From contig NJED01000013.1 of the NCBI GenBank assembly GCA_002254745.1, positions 1 to 51,961 of the forward strand: DNA of 51,961 nt, given 5' to 3'. The position numbers and the translations under genes are program-made. This document shows, one piece after another, positions 28,562 to 38,828 of this stretch. This DNA comes from Desulfurococcales archaeon ex4484_217_1 (GTDB taxonomy: Archaea > Thermoproteota > Thermoprotei_A > EX4484-217-1). A model generated the notes under the pieces. That model was given only the letters and a program-made list of their open reading frames with translations, did not search any database and had not been told where the DNA came from. Numbering within the stretch: position 1 is the stretch's first letter; each line of letters begins with the position of its first letter.

Positions 28562-29455
28562 ATGCCAGTAAATCCTGGATACGTGTTTAAGCAGTTAACG
28601 CCTAGAGACATGAAGATACTTAGGGTTATAGAGAAGTTAATGAGGAAGTACGAGTATGTACCCTTAGACATTATAGTTTCTAGAAGCAGAATGGTAGATA
28701 AGGATGTTTCACTTGTTTTTTCTAAGCTTAACAGTTTAAAGCTTGTCAAAAGGTATAGAGGAGATTATACTGGGTATAGGATAACGAGTTTAGGCTATGA
28801 TTGCTTAGCTCTAGAAGATTTAGTTAGGAGAAACATCGTTTATGCTCTTGGACCTAAGCTAGGTGTTGGTAAGGAAGCAGATTTATATTTAGGGTTAAGT
28901 CCAGCTAACGAGAAAATAGTAGTTAAATTTCATAGAGTAGGTAGAACAAGCTTCAGACAAGTGAAAAGGCTTAGAGTATATGCTGAAGAAGCTGAGGTTT
29001 CCTGGCTTCTAAGATCATCAATTTCTGCTGAAAGAGAGTTTAAAGCTTTAATAGAGTGTTTAAAAGCTCAAGTAAATGTTCCTATACCTTTAGGTAGAAG
29101 CAGACATGCTGTTGTTATGAAACATATTAATGGCGTTCTACTGTTAAAGTATAGAAACCCTTCAGACCCTGAAACCATGTTACGTACAATACTTGACAGT
29201 GTTAGGAGAGCATACCTCATAGTAGGTATAGTTCATGGGGACTTAAGCGAATACAATGTTATGGTGGAGCTAGGTACTGAAAGACCAATATTAATAGATT
29301 GGCCTCAATACGTTGAGAGAGAACATCCTAGTGCTCCTATACTCTTAGAGAGAGATGTCAAATATATAATAGGGTTTTTCAAGAGAAAATATCGTGTAGA
29401 AATACCTGTAAAAGAGGCTTTGAAATATGTGAGGGGTAAAATTGAGGAAATCTAG
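28562..29455 (+). CDS. rio2: RIO-type Ser/Thr kinase, Rio2 class (N-terminal wHTH)
   Basis: N-terminal wHTH (MKILRVIEKLMRKYEYVP), GVGKEADLY nucleotide loop, VKFHR, catalytic HGDLSEYNVMV, metal-binding IDWPQ. Confidence 0.9.
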   Translation: MPVNPGYVFKQLTPRDMKILRVIEKLMRKYEYVPLDIIVSRSRMVDKDVSLVFSKLNSLKLVKRYRGDYTGYRITSLGYDCLALEDLVRRNIVYALGPKLGVGKEADLYLGLSPANEKIVVKFHRVGRTSFRQVKRLRVYAEEAEVSWLLRSSISAEREFKALIECLKAQVNVPIPLGRSRHAVVMKHINGVLLLKYRNPSDPETMLRTILDSVRRAYLIVGIVHGDLSEYNVMVELGTERPILIDWPQYVEREHPSAPILLERDVKYIIGFFKRKYRVEIPVKEALKYVRGKIEEI

Positions 29456-31404
29456 TAGAAAACCTAGCGTAGTATTCGGTGTAGACATACTACCTTCCAG
29501 CTCACCTCAGTCATCTAAGGAACCGCACTATGCTTTGGTCATCTTAAAGAATGGAGAAGTTTGGGAAAAATACTCTGATGTAGCTTTAAGAAGAATAATT
29601 AGGTTGGCTTGGGAACATAAGCCTGAAATAATAAGCATTGACAATATTTTCGAGCTAGGAGCTAATGAGAGAAACGTAGTGAAAATAATAAGTATGTTAC
29701 CTCCGGAAACATCGGTTGTACAAGTTAATGTTAGTGAGGAAAAAATTTCAAAACTATGGGAAGTAGCTAAGCAAGCCAAGTTAATCTCTGAATATAGCAA
29801 GTTTCCTCCATTAAAAACAGCCTACTTAGCAGCAATACTTGCGTATAAGGGGTATGGTTCAAAAGTTAAAGTTTACGAGGAAAAAACAAAAATCATTATT
29901 ACTAAAGGTAGGAGCTTAACCCAAGGGGGTATGAGCCAATTAAGATATAGAAGACATGTTAGGGGTCTAATTCTCCAAGCAGTAAGGAAAATTAAGGAAG
30001 TGCTTGAAGAACATGGAATAGACTATGATCTTGTTGTTAGGAAAACCGAAAGCGGCTTTGACGGAGCAGTATTCACAGTTTATGCACCTAGAGCAAAACT
30101 CTACGGCATAGTCTCTCCCATGAAAGGACATGATATTAGAGTAATTATAAGACCTATTTATAGAGGAAAAATAGAGTTTGAACATGTAAAGCCAAGAATA
30201 CTCACAAGGAAAAGGCCCTTAATTGTGGGAATAGATCCGGGAATGATAACTGGAGTAGCTATTTTAGATATTGACGGTGAAGTATTAAGAGTTTTTAGTG
30301 GCAAAAACATTGACAGAGCAACCATAGTTAAGGAAATAGAAAAATACGGTAAACCACTCATCATAGCTTCGGATGTTTACCCGCCGCCCGAGGCTTTAGA
30401 AAAGCTAACTTCTACTCTAAGAGCAAAACTTTACACGCCACAGCAATCTCTAAGTCAAAGCGAGAAAGAAGAGCTTGTAAAAACCTATTTAGAAAACATA
30501 GAGAGCCCTATAGAGGTTGAAGATACGCATCAAAGAGACGCATTAGCAGCAGCAATAAATGCATGGAAATCTTTTAGAACTAAGCTTGAACAAATCGAAG
30601 ACTATGTAAGTAAAATGGAGCAAGGAAATATTTAGAAAACTAACTTTAGAATTAAGAACAAGAGCTGAAGAAAAGAAAATTGAAGAAAAGACCGTTAAAC
30701 AACCTCAGGTTAGTGAAGCCCTTCTGAAGGAGATTAAGAAATTGGAAAGAGAAAAAGCACAATTGAAGGAAAAGCTTAGTAAAGCACGTAAAGAAATATT
30801 TGAGCTTAAAAAGCAGCTAGAATTATACCATAAACAGACAAATATACAGGTTAAAACTGTAAGGGAAATACAAGCGTTAAGTGAGGAAGTTAGGAGGCTG
30901 AGTGAAGAACTTAAAAAGTATGAAAGAGAAAATTTAAGGCTCAAACAGGAAATAGCCGATTTAAAGTCAATAATAATTACAATATCTAAGCATAACTATA
31001 GATTAGCTGTACCAATAACAACGCTAACATTAACATCAATATCTAAGGCTGAAAGAGAATATGGCCCTATAGGGAAAGATAGTATAATATACGTTGTTAA
31101 CCCTGTATTTGTTCAAAAAGAAGCCTTATCTAAGCTTGTAGAAGCAGAAATACTTTCCATAGTAGTGCATGAGCCTGAGGAAGAATTTGTTAGAGGCGTA
31201 GAGAATCAAGGAATACCTGTACTGAAAATAGAAGATATTAAAGATTACATAATACGGGTGTTTGACAACATAGTACTATACAATAACACTTTAATTAAAG
31301 TTGCTAAGAAGAGGAAGAAGGAATTAGAAGAAAAACTTAGAGCAAGAAAAACATTAGAGCTTGAAGATTTAATTATGAAATACAGAATGGAAAGATGGGG
31401 TTAA
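29442..31404 (+). pseudogene. DUF460-family protein (RuvC/RNase H-like domain plus coiled coil), split by a frameshift
   Basis: ORF1 29442-30635 contains PLIVGIDPGMITGVAILDIDGE, which is RuvC/YqgF-like. The +1 frame is open from 30610 and continues (E)IFRKLTLELRTRAEEKK... into ORF 30742-31404. The shift is at the A3 run 30626-30628. Confidence 0.75.
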
Positions 31405-32135
31405 CAGCCATTTCCTGGGTTGAAGAATTCTTCATAAGAAAACCCCATCTCTTCCTTAAAATATTAAAAGCCTTATGGAGTAAAGGTGAAGAAGAAGTAA
31501 AATACGTTGCCAAAGTTCTTAAAGCGCATGGTGTAAATGAAGGTTCTAAAATTTTGGAAGTAGGGTGCGGTAATGGGAGAATAGCTATTAACTTGGCGAA
31601 ACTAGGCTATGAAGTAGTTGGTTTAGATATTTCCTCAGAGCTCATAAAGGATGCATGTAGAAAAGCAGAGTCTATGAAGGTAAAAGCAAAGTTTCTTGTT
31701 GGCGATGCTAGAAGGATAGATAAGATATTTAAGCCTAAGGAGTTTGATGCTGTAATATTCTACTGGACGAGCGTAATAGGATACCATGGTGAAAATGCGG
31801 ATAGACAAATACTTCTTGCATGTAGGAGGGTAGTTAGAGATCATGGGAAACTATTCATACTTAAACATGCAAGTAGAGAAGTAGCGTTAGCAAAGCATGA
31901 ACTTATGCCTAACATAAAATACTATGTTGACCATGGAGACTTCGTAGTTATCGAGGAACACAATTTCGACATACTGTACTCCAAAGTTCAAGCAAAATGG
32001 ACATTCTATGTCAAGAAAGGCAAGGATCTCGTATTTCTAGATGAAATTTCCTTCACCTTACGATTATATTCCATCCATGAATTAATTAACTTAGCCGTTA
32101 TTGGTCTACCTATTTGGCTAAGTATTTCAACATAA
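31395..32135 (+). CDS. Class I SAM-dependent methyltransferase, 3' end replaced by antisense MAT sequence
   Basis: Motif [17 protein letters not shown], motif II GLDIS, post-I acidic GDA. After ...[12 protein letters not shown] the ORF reads the reverse complement of the MAT coding sequence. Confidence 0.8.
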   Translation: MGLTAISWVEEFFIRKPHLFLKILKALWSKGEEEVKYVAKVLKAHGVNEGSKILEVGCGNGRIAINLAKLGYEVVGLDISSELIKDACRKAESMKVKAKFLVGDARRIDKIFKPKEFDAVIFYWTSVIGYHGENADRQILLACRRVVRDHGKLFILKHASREVALAKHELMPNIKYYVDHGDFVVIEEHNFDILYSKVQAKWTFYVKKGKDLVFLDEISFTLRLYSIHELINLAVIGLPIWLSIST

Positions 32136-33157
32136 ACCTCCTTAATTCCATGCACTTTACCAGCTATTTTATCTGCTATTCTCTTAGCTAGCACATTGTA
32201 TATCTTGCCTACGTGGCTAACCGGGTTCTTACCTGCAGCCGCTTCTAAGGACATAGGTCTTGTTGGCGTTATTAACCCATTTATTCTATTGCCCCTACCT
32301 GTAGCTCCATCGTCTCCATGTTCCGCAGACGTTCCTGTAACTGTTAAGTAGACTATGCCTTTCTCGGGCCTGTCCGCGGTGTTAAGGTAAACTTTAACGT
32401 TAAAGTCCGGTACGAGTTTCGAAGCTAAATCATGTACTTCATTAATTACTTGCTCTTTAACTGATAAGTAATGGTCAAGATTAGGTATTAAATGGGATAT
32501 CATTGCTGCTGCAATGGTTAACTCCATATCCTTACCTTTACGTAGCCCCATTACTTTAATGTCTTCTCCGACCTCAGGTATTTTCTTCTTAAACTCTTTA
32601 GAATTCAAGTGTTTTTCAACGTTTAAAACAAGGTTTTCTAGCGGGGTTAATGGGGCAAAAGCTACACCTACTGAAGTATCGTTTGCAAGAGGGACCTTCT
32701 TTCCAAGCTCAAATATTTTCACTAAATCCACTGAACCTTTACCAATCCTGTAGTCAACAATAACATGTTTTTCAGGATCTAGGAATCTGAAGTTCTTTTT
32801 AATCCATTCCTTAACAGCTTCAACAACTATTCTACCTACAGGTATGGGCTCTATACTTCCTTCTTTAATGACTTCTGTTGTTGCTCTACCAGAAACTATT
32901 ATGTATATGGGGTGTAACAGTTCTCCTCCCCCAAAAACGGGGTTAGCTTGGCCTCCTACGAGAAGTGTCTTATCTAAGTTATGGTGTAAGATAATGCCGA
33001 ATCTATCGAGGTAGTACTTTGAAAGTTTACGGCTAGATTCCTCAGAAGAAGCATCAGCAATGTAGTCGGGATGCCCTAAGCCTTTTCTCTCAACAAACTC
33101 AACAGCCAATTCTGAAGTAGCTTTCCTTCTTTCATACTCTACGAAAATATTTTTCAT
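32006..33157 (-). CDS. metK: Archaeal-type S-adenosylmethionine synthetase (MAT), C-terminal about 50 residues missing/replaced
   Basis: [72 protein letters not shown]. After GRPI the ORF runs 30 codons through the antisense of the methyltransferase gene. Confidence 0.9.
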   Translation of the reverse strand: MKNIFVEYERRKATSELAVEFVERKGLGHPDYIADASSEESSRKLSKYYLDRFGIILHHNLDKTLLVGGQANPVFGGGELLHPIYIIVSGRATTEVIKEGSIEPIPVGRIVVEAVKEWIKKNFRFLDPEKHVIVDYRIGKGSVDLVKIFELGKKVPLANDTSVGVAFAPLTPLENLVLNVEKHLNSKEFKKKIPEVGEDIKVMGLRKGKDMELTIAAAMISHLIPNLDHYLSVKEQVINEVHDLASKLVPDFNVKVYLNTADRPEKGIVYLTVTGTSAEHGDDGATGRGNRINGLITPTRPMSLEAAAGKNPVSHVGKIYNVLAKRIADKIAGKVHGIKEVYVEILSQIGRPITAKLINSWMEYNRKVKEISSRNTRSLPFLT

Positions 33158-33284
33158 TCTAAACCCCGCATTAATGTAAATTCCAGCATTATAAAAAACT
33201 TTAGTACAGCTTCTAAATAGAAGTATTACTGACAGTAATATTTAGCAAAATAGTTTCCTATATGGAAAACGGCGCCGAAATGCA

Positions 33285-33587
33285 TTACTCAGGCTTATAG
33301 TCGGTACTTATGAATAGAATATTACTTCCTCTCACAAGAACTTTACCATATTTAGCTATTGGGTGTTGAGAGCCTTCTCTTACCTCAACACAGTCGCTTA
33401 ACAGTAAATTCATAGTGTTATCGCACTGTTCAAGTCTTCCAACGTATTCAGAGCCGTCTTTTAACCTTACCAATATTGTGTTGTTAATAGCATTTCTCAG
33501 GTATTTTAGTGGACTATCGAGCGCTTTCATTCTAAACCTCCTAAAAAACGATCCCGTAAAGTTTCTAGTATCTACTTGAAAATCCAA
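33285..33587 (-). CDS. Sm-like archaeal protein (LSm/SmAP)
   Basis: Sm1 ([26 protein letters not shown]) and Sm2 ([12 protein letters not shown]) motifs; likely start is ATG 33530. Confidence 0.85.
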   Translation of the reverse strand: MDFQVDTRNFTGSFFRRFRMKALDSPLKYLRNAINNTILVRLKDGSEYVGRLEQCDNTMNLLLSDCVEVREGSQHPIAKYGKVLVRGSNILFISTDYKPE

Positions 33588-33609
33588 TTTAATCGAGGTA
33601 TTTAAAAGT

Positions 33610-34221
33610 TTAGGTGTTAGGTTTATTGTTTAATTTAAGGAGAAATATTATGTCTTTTACATTACCATCTTCTAATATTTCTCCTCGTAAATCCACGTTT
33701 ACGTTTACATTTCTCGGTATAGAAAAAACTAGCATGCCATGGTCTTTAATCACTCTAAAGAGTTCTCGGCATGTTACGTTAGGTTCAGGCATGTTCTGGA
33801 GAAGAGTAAAAGCAAATACTGCATCGAAAACCTTAGCACGGAAAGGTAGGAAATCAACATCGGCTCTAATGAGCTCCGCAGATATATTTTCCCTGAATAC
33901 TTTGTCTTTAGCTTTCCATAACATACCATTACTTAAGTCTACACCAACATATAGTTTTAATTTTCTTAAGGCTTTCTTGCTTAAAAACCTATATAATAAG
34001 GCTGTACCGCAACCAGCATCCAGAACAATACCTTTTAAATGTTTAATTCTCATGAAAGCTAACTTATACTTACTCCTCTGTTCTTCGCCATATAATTCAT
34101 CATAGTTTCTAGAGGTTATATTGTACTTTCTCATAACCTCCTTTTTATGGCGAAAACTATTTGAGGTAATCGAACAAACTTCTCTTCTCTGTTTTACCAA
34201 CATACTTCGATAAAGCCTCAA
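33610..34221 (-). CDS. Class I SAM-dependent methyltransferase (Methyltransf_11-like)
   Basis: [11 protein letters not shown] motif I, GVDLS, FDAVFAF; likely start ATG 34134, which removes the overlap with nucS. Confidence 0.8.
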   Translation of the reverse strand: MRLYRSMLVKQRREVCSITSNSFRHKKEVMRKYNITSRNYDELYGEEQRSKYKLAFMRIKHLKGIVLDAGCGTALLYRFLSKKALRKLKLYVGVDLSNGMLWKAKDKVFRENISAELIRADVDFLPFRAKVFDAVFAFTLLQNMPEPNVTCRELFRVIKDHGMLVFSIPRNVNVNVDLRGEILEDGNVKDIIFLLKLNNKPNT

Positions 34222-34936
34222 TATTTATTTGTTTAAACTCTAATTTCTCCTTCAGTAGCAGTTCCTGTGCTTTCTTAGTTATGGATGGAGCAACTATTAT
34301 TCCTCTAATTTTTTCCGTTCGCATATGGCTTTTCAGCGAATTTATGTATTTTTTCAATTGTCTCACAGCATCAACTCTTGCAGTTAACCTTTTAATTTCC
34401 ACAACAACTACGTTACCTTTTTTATCTTTTAAATAGAGATCGATGAATCCTGGTTCAACTTTCTTCTCAACATCTATTGTCGTAAGTTTTTCACCTAAAA
34501 TTTCAGGGTTAGTTGCAAGAATGTCTCTAATTTCTTTTTCAGAAATGTGCATGTAAAAAGCTCCAGAATCGTAAAGTTCAGCTTCAACAATGAGGAATAT
34601 GTTGTCTAATTTTATAGCAACTACTTCTCTAGGCCTTGTCCTCAAAGCTTTCATTACTAAAACTTCTTCTTCACTATCGTAACTTACATCAATATATGAT
34701 GTTTCCGGCTGCCAATTTACAGGTGAATGACCTACAGGTCTATGAATTAGAAGAGCGCCATCTGACTTAATTATTATTAATCTTTCGCCGAATTCTAAAT
34801 GAGATGAAGATCTTCCGAAATAATCTACACTACAATTTGCTAAGATGTAAATATTTTTCTTCCTAGAAAGAGCATTTTTTACTATTTTCTTAGCTTCTTC
34901 TAGACTTGGTTCTTCGTAAACAATAACCTTAGCCAC
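34157..34936 (-). CDS. nucS: Endonuclease NucS/EndoMS
   Basis: N-terminal ssDNA-binding domain (ANCSVDYFGRSSS...GALLIHRP) and C-terminal RecB-like nuclease (GFIDLYLKDKKGNVVVVEIKR). Confidence 0.9.
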   Translation of the reverse strand: MAKVIVYEEPSLEEAKKIVKNALSRKKNIYILANCSVDYFGRSSSHLEFGERLIIIKSDGALLIHRPVGHSPVNWQPETSYIDVSYDSEEEVLVMKALRTRPREVVAIKLDNIFLIVEAELYDSGAFYMHISEKEIRDILATNPEILGEKLTTIDVEKKVEPGFIDLYLKDKKGNVVVVEIKRLTARVDAVRQLKKYINSLKSHMRTEKIRGIIVAPSITKKAQELLLKEKLEFKQINIEALSKYVGKTEKRSLFDYLK

Positions 34937-35020
34937 GGCTACTCACAATCGAAATATAATCTCAATGCTACCTAAATATTCTACTCAAGGCTATATTCTT
35001 AAATAAGAAAATATGAAAAG

Positions 35021-35039
35021 AATTAGGCACTACCGAAAT
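35021..35039. promoter_or_regulatory. Imperfect DtxR-box-like site upstream of the DtxR-family gene
   Basis: AATTAGGCACTACCGAAAT shares TTAGGxACTACC with the perfect palindrome at 35474-35492. Confidence 0.35.
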
Positions 35040-35086
35040 GTTTTAAGCTAATACTTGAGAAAAATAACTCATAGAGGAGACAAGTA

Positions 35087-35455
35087 ATGACTGTTAAGGT
35101 TACTAGAGGTGAACGGAAATACTTGACATATCTTTACGAAGTAGAAGCTTATGGCGAAAAAAGAGTAGGTACAACACAGATAGCTAAAGCATTAAACGTA
35201 GCCCCACCAACAGCTGTTGAAGCACTAGAGAAACTTCACAATAAAGGCCTGGTAGATTTCGTTAAAAGAAGAGGTGTAAAACTGACTGACAGTGGTATAA
35301 AAACTGTTAGGAAAATTTTAAGAAAGCATAGGATTCTTGAAATCCTTTTCTTTAGCTCAACAAGACTGCCCTTAGACGAAATATGTCAATGTATTATATG
35401 TAAACCTTGGCATGCCCAAATGTTGCCCTCACGGAAAAGAGATACCCTAAAATAG
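35087..35455 (+). pseudogene. DtxR/MntR-family metal-dependent repressor with internal frameshift/deletion
   Basis: wHTH VGTTQIAKALNVAPPTAVEALEKLHNKGLV and RKHRILEILF are intact. The family C-terminal motif LGMPKCCPHGKEIP-stop is encoded in the +1 frame (35406-35450). The metal-site helix (HEEAxxLEH) is not found in any frame. Confidence 0.75.
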
Positions 35456-35473
35456 GGTTTTAGCTCAAAATAG

Positions 35474-35492
35474 AATTAGGTACTACCTAATT
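35474..35492. promoter_or_regulatory. Perfect 19-bp palindrome, DtxR/IdeR-type operator candidate
   Basis: AATTAGGTA-C-TACCTAATT, ending 2 nt before the GTG (35495) and 11 nt before the ATG (35504) of the metal-binding protein gene. It resembles the TTAGGTTAGCCTAACCTAA class of DtxR boxes. Confidence 0.65.
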
Positions 35493-35494
35493 CG

Positions 35495-36529
35495 GTGTAC
35501 AGTATGTTCAAGTCTACACTTACGCTGATCCTCGTTTTACTAGTTATGCTGTCTTTGACAGGTATTTTAGAAGCACAGGAGCGTAAAGTAGTGGTAATGG
35601 TTTCTGTTGATTCATTAGCAGCTATAATTAGGGATTTATCCCTAGATAACATTGAAATAGTAACTCTAATTCCTGAAGGAGCAGAACCCCATAATTACCA
35701 AGTTTCCCCTGAAACATTAGAAGAAGCAAGGAAAGCTGATCTCTTTGTTTTTACTGGTCACTTAGTTTTCGAGAAAAAACTTGCTAACTTACTTCCGGAA
35801 ATACCAGTACTTCAAATAGATGAGAAAAATTATTTTGGAAAATACAAGTTAGAAATACTGAAACTACCTGATGGTAGGAGAAATCTACATGCTTACTGGC
35901 TATACCCGGATAATGCACTAGCCATAGCTAAAGCTGTCGTAGATAAGCTTATAGAAATAGATCCCGTAAATGCTGAAAAATACCTTAAGAAATTAGAAGA
36001 ATTCAAAGACAAAGTAAGGAGGATTAAACAATACATTACGAAAATCACTGAGTTCTATGGCGTAAAGAACATGAGTGTAATAATAACTTTTCCAGGAGAA
36101 CAGTATGTAGCATACACTATGGGGTTTACAATTGCAGGTATGCTTAGTAAGGGCGAAGGAGTTTTTGCCAGCGGGGCTGAATTATCTGAGATAAAAAGCA
36201 AGCTTGAAAAAGGCTATGCAAAAATAATTATGGCTTCCGATGTTTCTAGAATGCTCAACGTAGGTAAGTTTATAGAGGATTTATCGCGGGAAACAAAAAC
36301 CCCAACAGCATATGTTAAGATAATAGGTTCTAAGGATCTTACATATTCCGATTTACTTATGTACAATATAGGTGTTATTATTGGGGCTTTTTCAAGCACT
36401 ACCATGGGTAAGTCTGCTGTACAGAGTAGAACAATATTACCTACAGCAATATATGCTCTAGTAGCCTCATTAGTTATTGTGATTGTTGTTGAAAGCTATT
36501 TACTGTACGTTAGAAGCAAGTATAGGTGA
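35495..36529 (+). CDS. Metal (Zn/Mn/Fe) ABC transporter substrate-binding protein, TroA/ZnuA cluster-9 family, with C-terminal membrane anchor
   Basis: Signal/anchor helix, EGAEPHNYQVSP, ADLFVFTGH, NLHAYWLYPDNA and PGEQYVAY motifs; C-terminal hydrophobic helix. Confidence 0.8.
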   Translation: MYSMFKSTLTLILVLLVMLSLTGILEAQERKVVVMVSVDSLAAIIRDLSLDNIEIVTLIPEGAEPHNYQVSPETLEEARKADLFVFTGHLVFEKKLANLLPEIPVLQIDEKNYFGKYKLEILKLPDGRRNLHAYWLYPDNALAIAKAVVDKLIEIDPVNAEKYLKKLEEFKDKVRRIKQYITKITEFYGVKNMSVIITFPGEQYVAYTMGFTIAGMLSKGEGVFASGAELSEIKSKLEKGYAKIIMASDVSRMLNVGKFIEDLSRETKTPTAYVKIIGSKDLTYSDLLMYNIGVIIGAFSSTTMGKSAVQSRTILPTAIYALVASLVIVIVVESYLLYVRSKYR

Positions 36530-36537
36530 TTTAAGCT

Positions 36538-37323
36538 GTGATGAAGTACGCTGTTGAAGTAGAAGATTTAACAGTTACGTATAATAATATTGTTGCTCTT
36601 GAAGATGTAAACTTAAGGCTATACGATGGAGAGTTTTTAGCAGTTATGGGTCCTAATGGTGCAGGTAAAACTACTCTTCTAAGAGCTATTCTGGGCATGG
36701 TAAAGCCTGTTAAAGGTAAGATTAAAGTTTATGGCTACAATGTGTTTATTGAAGAAGAGAAGGTTAAACATTTAATAGGCTATGTTCCTCAAAAAGTTAC
36801 TCTTTCAAAAGCTGTTAGACTTACTGTTGAAGAAGTTGTTCTTATGGGTGTTTTAGCTAGAAAAATTCCTCCAAGAATACCCTCAGAAAGGGATGTTAGC
36901 ACCGCTATGGAGGCTCTTAAAATAGTTGGTCTTGAGGAGTTATGGGATAGAGATTTTCTTGAACTTTCCGGAGGCCAGCAGAGAAGAGTTCTTATCGCAA
37001 GAGCTCTTGTTAGTAAGCCTAAGCTCCTCCTCTTGGATGAGCCTTTAACGGGAATTGATGTTAGAAGTCAAGCTGAAATTGCAGCATTTCTCCATGAACT
37101 AAATAGGAAACATAGAGTAAGTATTCTAATGGTTACTCATGATATTAACCCCGTAGCTGAGTACGTTGATAGAGTAGCTCTTCTATTCAAGAAAATACAT
37201 GCTATAGGTAAGCCTGAGGAAGTTTTGAGAGAAGATGTTCTTTCGAAAGTTTATGGAGGTAGAATTAGGGTGTTCTCGTATGGTAGGGTATGTTTTGCAA
37301 TAATAGGTGATGTTCATAGGTGA
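36538..37323 (+). CDS. Metal ABC transporter ATP-binding protein (ZnuC/TroB-like)
   Basis: Walker A GPNGAGKTT, signature LSGGQQRR, Walker B LLLLDEP, H-loop VTHD. Confidence 0.9.
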   Translation: MMKYAVEVEDLTVTYNNIVALEDVNLRLYDGEFLAVMGPNGAGKTTLLRAILGMVKPVKGKIKVYGYNVFIEEEKVKHLIGYVPQKVTLSKAVRLTVEEVVLMGVLARKIPPRIPSERDVSTAMEALKIVGLEELWDRDFLELSGGQQRRVLIARALVSKPKLLLLDEPLTGIDVRSQAEIAAFLHELNRKHRVSILMVTHDINPVAEYVDRVALLFKKIHAIGKPEEVLREDVLSKVYGGRIRVFSYGRVCFAIIGDVHR

Positions 37324-38155
37324 TGCTATGATTTTCCCGGCCGAGCTATCATTCATAGCAAGAGCACTTATAGGCGTAGTAATAGCCTCTTTTGTATCAG
37401 CAGCTATAGGCCATATACTAACTAGTAGAGGTATCACTTTTCTCTCAGCAGAAGTAGCTCATGCAGCCCTTGGCGGTGCAGCTTTCGGTGTTCTCTTACA
37501 AACCTTAGGGTTCCTATGGTTTGATCCACTATATGGAGCTTTCTTGTTCGGTGTAGTAAGTGCGTTAATAACAGCATATGCTGGGCTTCGTGGTTCAAGA
37601 GAGCAAATGGAAGCTGCTATAGGCGTCTCCTTAGCTATGAGCATGTCCTTAGCCGTTGTTTTCCTAGGCTATATTAGATCGGAGGATATGCCTAAAGTAT
37701 GGGGCTATCTTGTCGGTGACATATTGTTGCTAACAGTAGATGACTTACTATTCCTAGGTTCAATGGCTATACTAGTAGGGTTCTTCTACATACTATTCCG
37801 TAGGGAACTTATTTACATAGCATTCGATATGGAGAGCGCTGAAGTTTTAGGTATAAAGGTTAAGTTCTACCACTACCTAGGCATACTGTTAGCAGCCATA
37901 GGTGTAATAGTTACAACAAAAGCTCTAGGAGCAATCTTAGTTTACGCATTCCTCATAGCTCCCGCTGCAGCTGCCAACGAGATAGCTAAGAGAATGTATC
38001 AAATACCCCTAATTACATTAGCTATTGCTTTATCTTCAGGTATAGCAGGATTAGCTTTATCGTTTACCGTAAATATGCCTGCAAGCGGGACAATAGGTAT
38101 TTTAGCTTCAACAGCATATTTAGTAGCAATATTATATTCTAGGTTTAGAAAGTAA
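37307..38155 (+). CDS. Metal ABC transporter permease (ZnuB/TroC-like, ABC-3 family)
   Basis: 282 aa, about 8-9 TM helices, overlaps the ATPase gene by 17 nt; typical ABC-3 layout. Confidence 0.9.
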   Translation: MMFIGDAMIFPAELSFIARALIGVVIASFVSAAIGHILTSRGITFLSAEVAHAALGGAAFGVLLQTLGFLWFDPLYGAFLFGVVSALITAYAGLRGSREQMEAAIGVSLAMSMSLAVVFLGYIRSEDMPKVWGYLVGDILLLTVDDLLFLGSMAILVGFFYILFRRELIYIAFDMESAEVLGIKVKFYHYLGILLAAIGVIVTTKALGAILVYAFLIAPAAAANEIAKRMYQIPLITLAIALSSGIAGLALSFTVNMPASGTIGILASTAYLVAILYSRFRK

Positions 38156-38195
38156 ATTGCCTGTAAAAACATGAAGCATAGCGGGTTCGAAAGCT

Positions 38196-38828
38196 TTGCG
38201 TAAAGTGTTATTCGTAATAGAGCATATGGAAAAGCCATCTCCATGGGTATTTTTCGAGTACGAAAACTCATCTAAAATTGTAGGAAAAAATAACCTGCTA
38301 ATAACGAATGTGAAGAACAAATTCGAGGAAAAGAAGCTAAGAAAAATAGCTAACACATCGTCTAAAAGCATAAAAGACTTAGTTAAAACGGAGTTCAAAA
38401 ACTATAGAGTAATAGTTCTTGATTTAAAAGCTGAAGAACAATTAAAACCAGAAGATTTTACAGACAAAACCATAGTCGTCATAGGAGGAATATTAGGTGA
38501 TCACCCACCTAGAGGGAGAACATACAAGTACATAACCAAACATATAATGCCTTTAAAAAACGTTATCGTCAGAAACCTGGGTAAAGAACAACTAACAACA
38601 GACGGTTCTATCTATGTGGCATACAAGATGTCTCAAGGAGTAAAACTTAAAGACCTTAAATACGTTTACGGCTTAAAAATTACTCGTAAAATAGGCTCAA
38701 TATGTCATGAAATATATTTACCATACAAATATCCTGTGGTTAACGGAAAACCTTTAGTTAATGAGAAGCTACTTAAGTATCTTCAGAAAGGTATAGTCGT
38801 TAATGAAATAATGAGGTTTGAACCTTAA
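38196..38828 (+). CDS. Predicted SPOUT-type SAM-dependent RNA methyltransferase (DUF431-like)
   Basis: N-terminal FVIEHMEKPSPWVFFEYENS and central IVVIGGILGDHPPRGRT resemble my recollection of the DUF431/PF04252 family. The assignment is tentative. Confidence 0.5.
   Translation: MRKVLFVIEHMEKPSPWVFFEYENSSKIVGKNNLLITNVKNKFEEKKLRKIANTSSKSIKDLVKTEFKNYRVIVLDLKAEEQLKPEDFTDKTIVVIGGILGDHPPRGRTYKYITKHIMPLKNVIVRNLGKEQLTTDGSIYVAYKMSQGVKLKDLKYVYGLKITRKIGSICHEIYLPYKYPVVNGKPLVNEKLLKYLQKGIVVNEIMRFEP

Noticed and set aside
33210-33240. Two small adjacent palindromes (CTTCTA-AA-TAGAAG and TATTACTG-A-CAGTAATA) between the LSm gene and metK as a specific regulatory element
   Set aside because: The arms are short and AT-rich, so the palindromes are plausible by chance. 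They are most simply a terminator-like hairpin for the LSm gene, and there is no supporting repeat elsewhere in the window.
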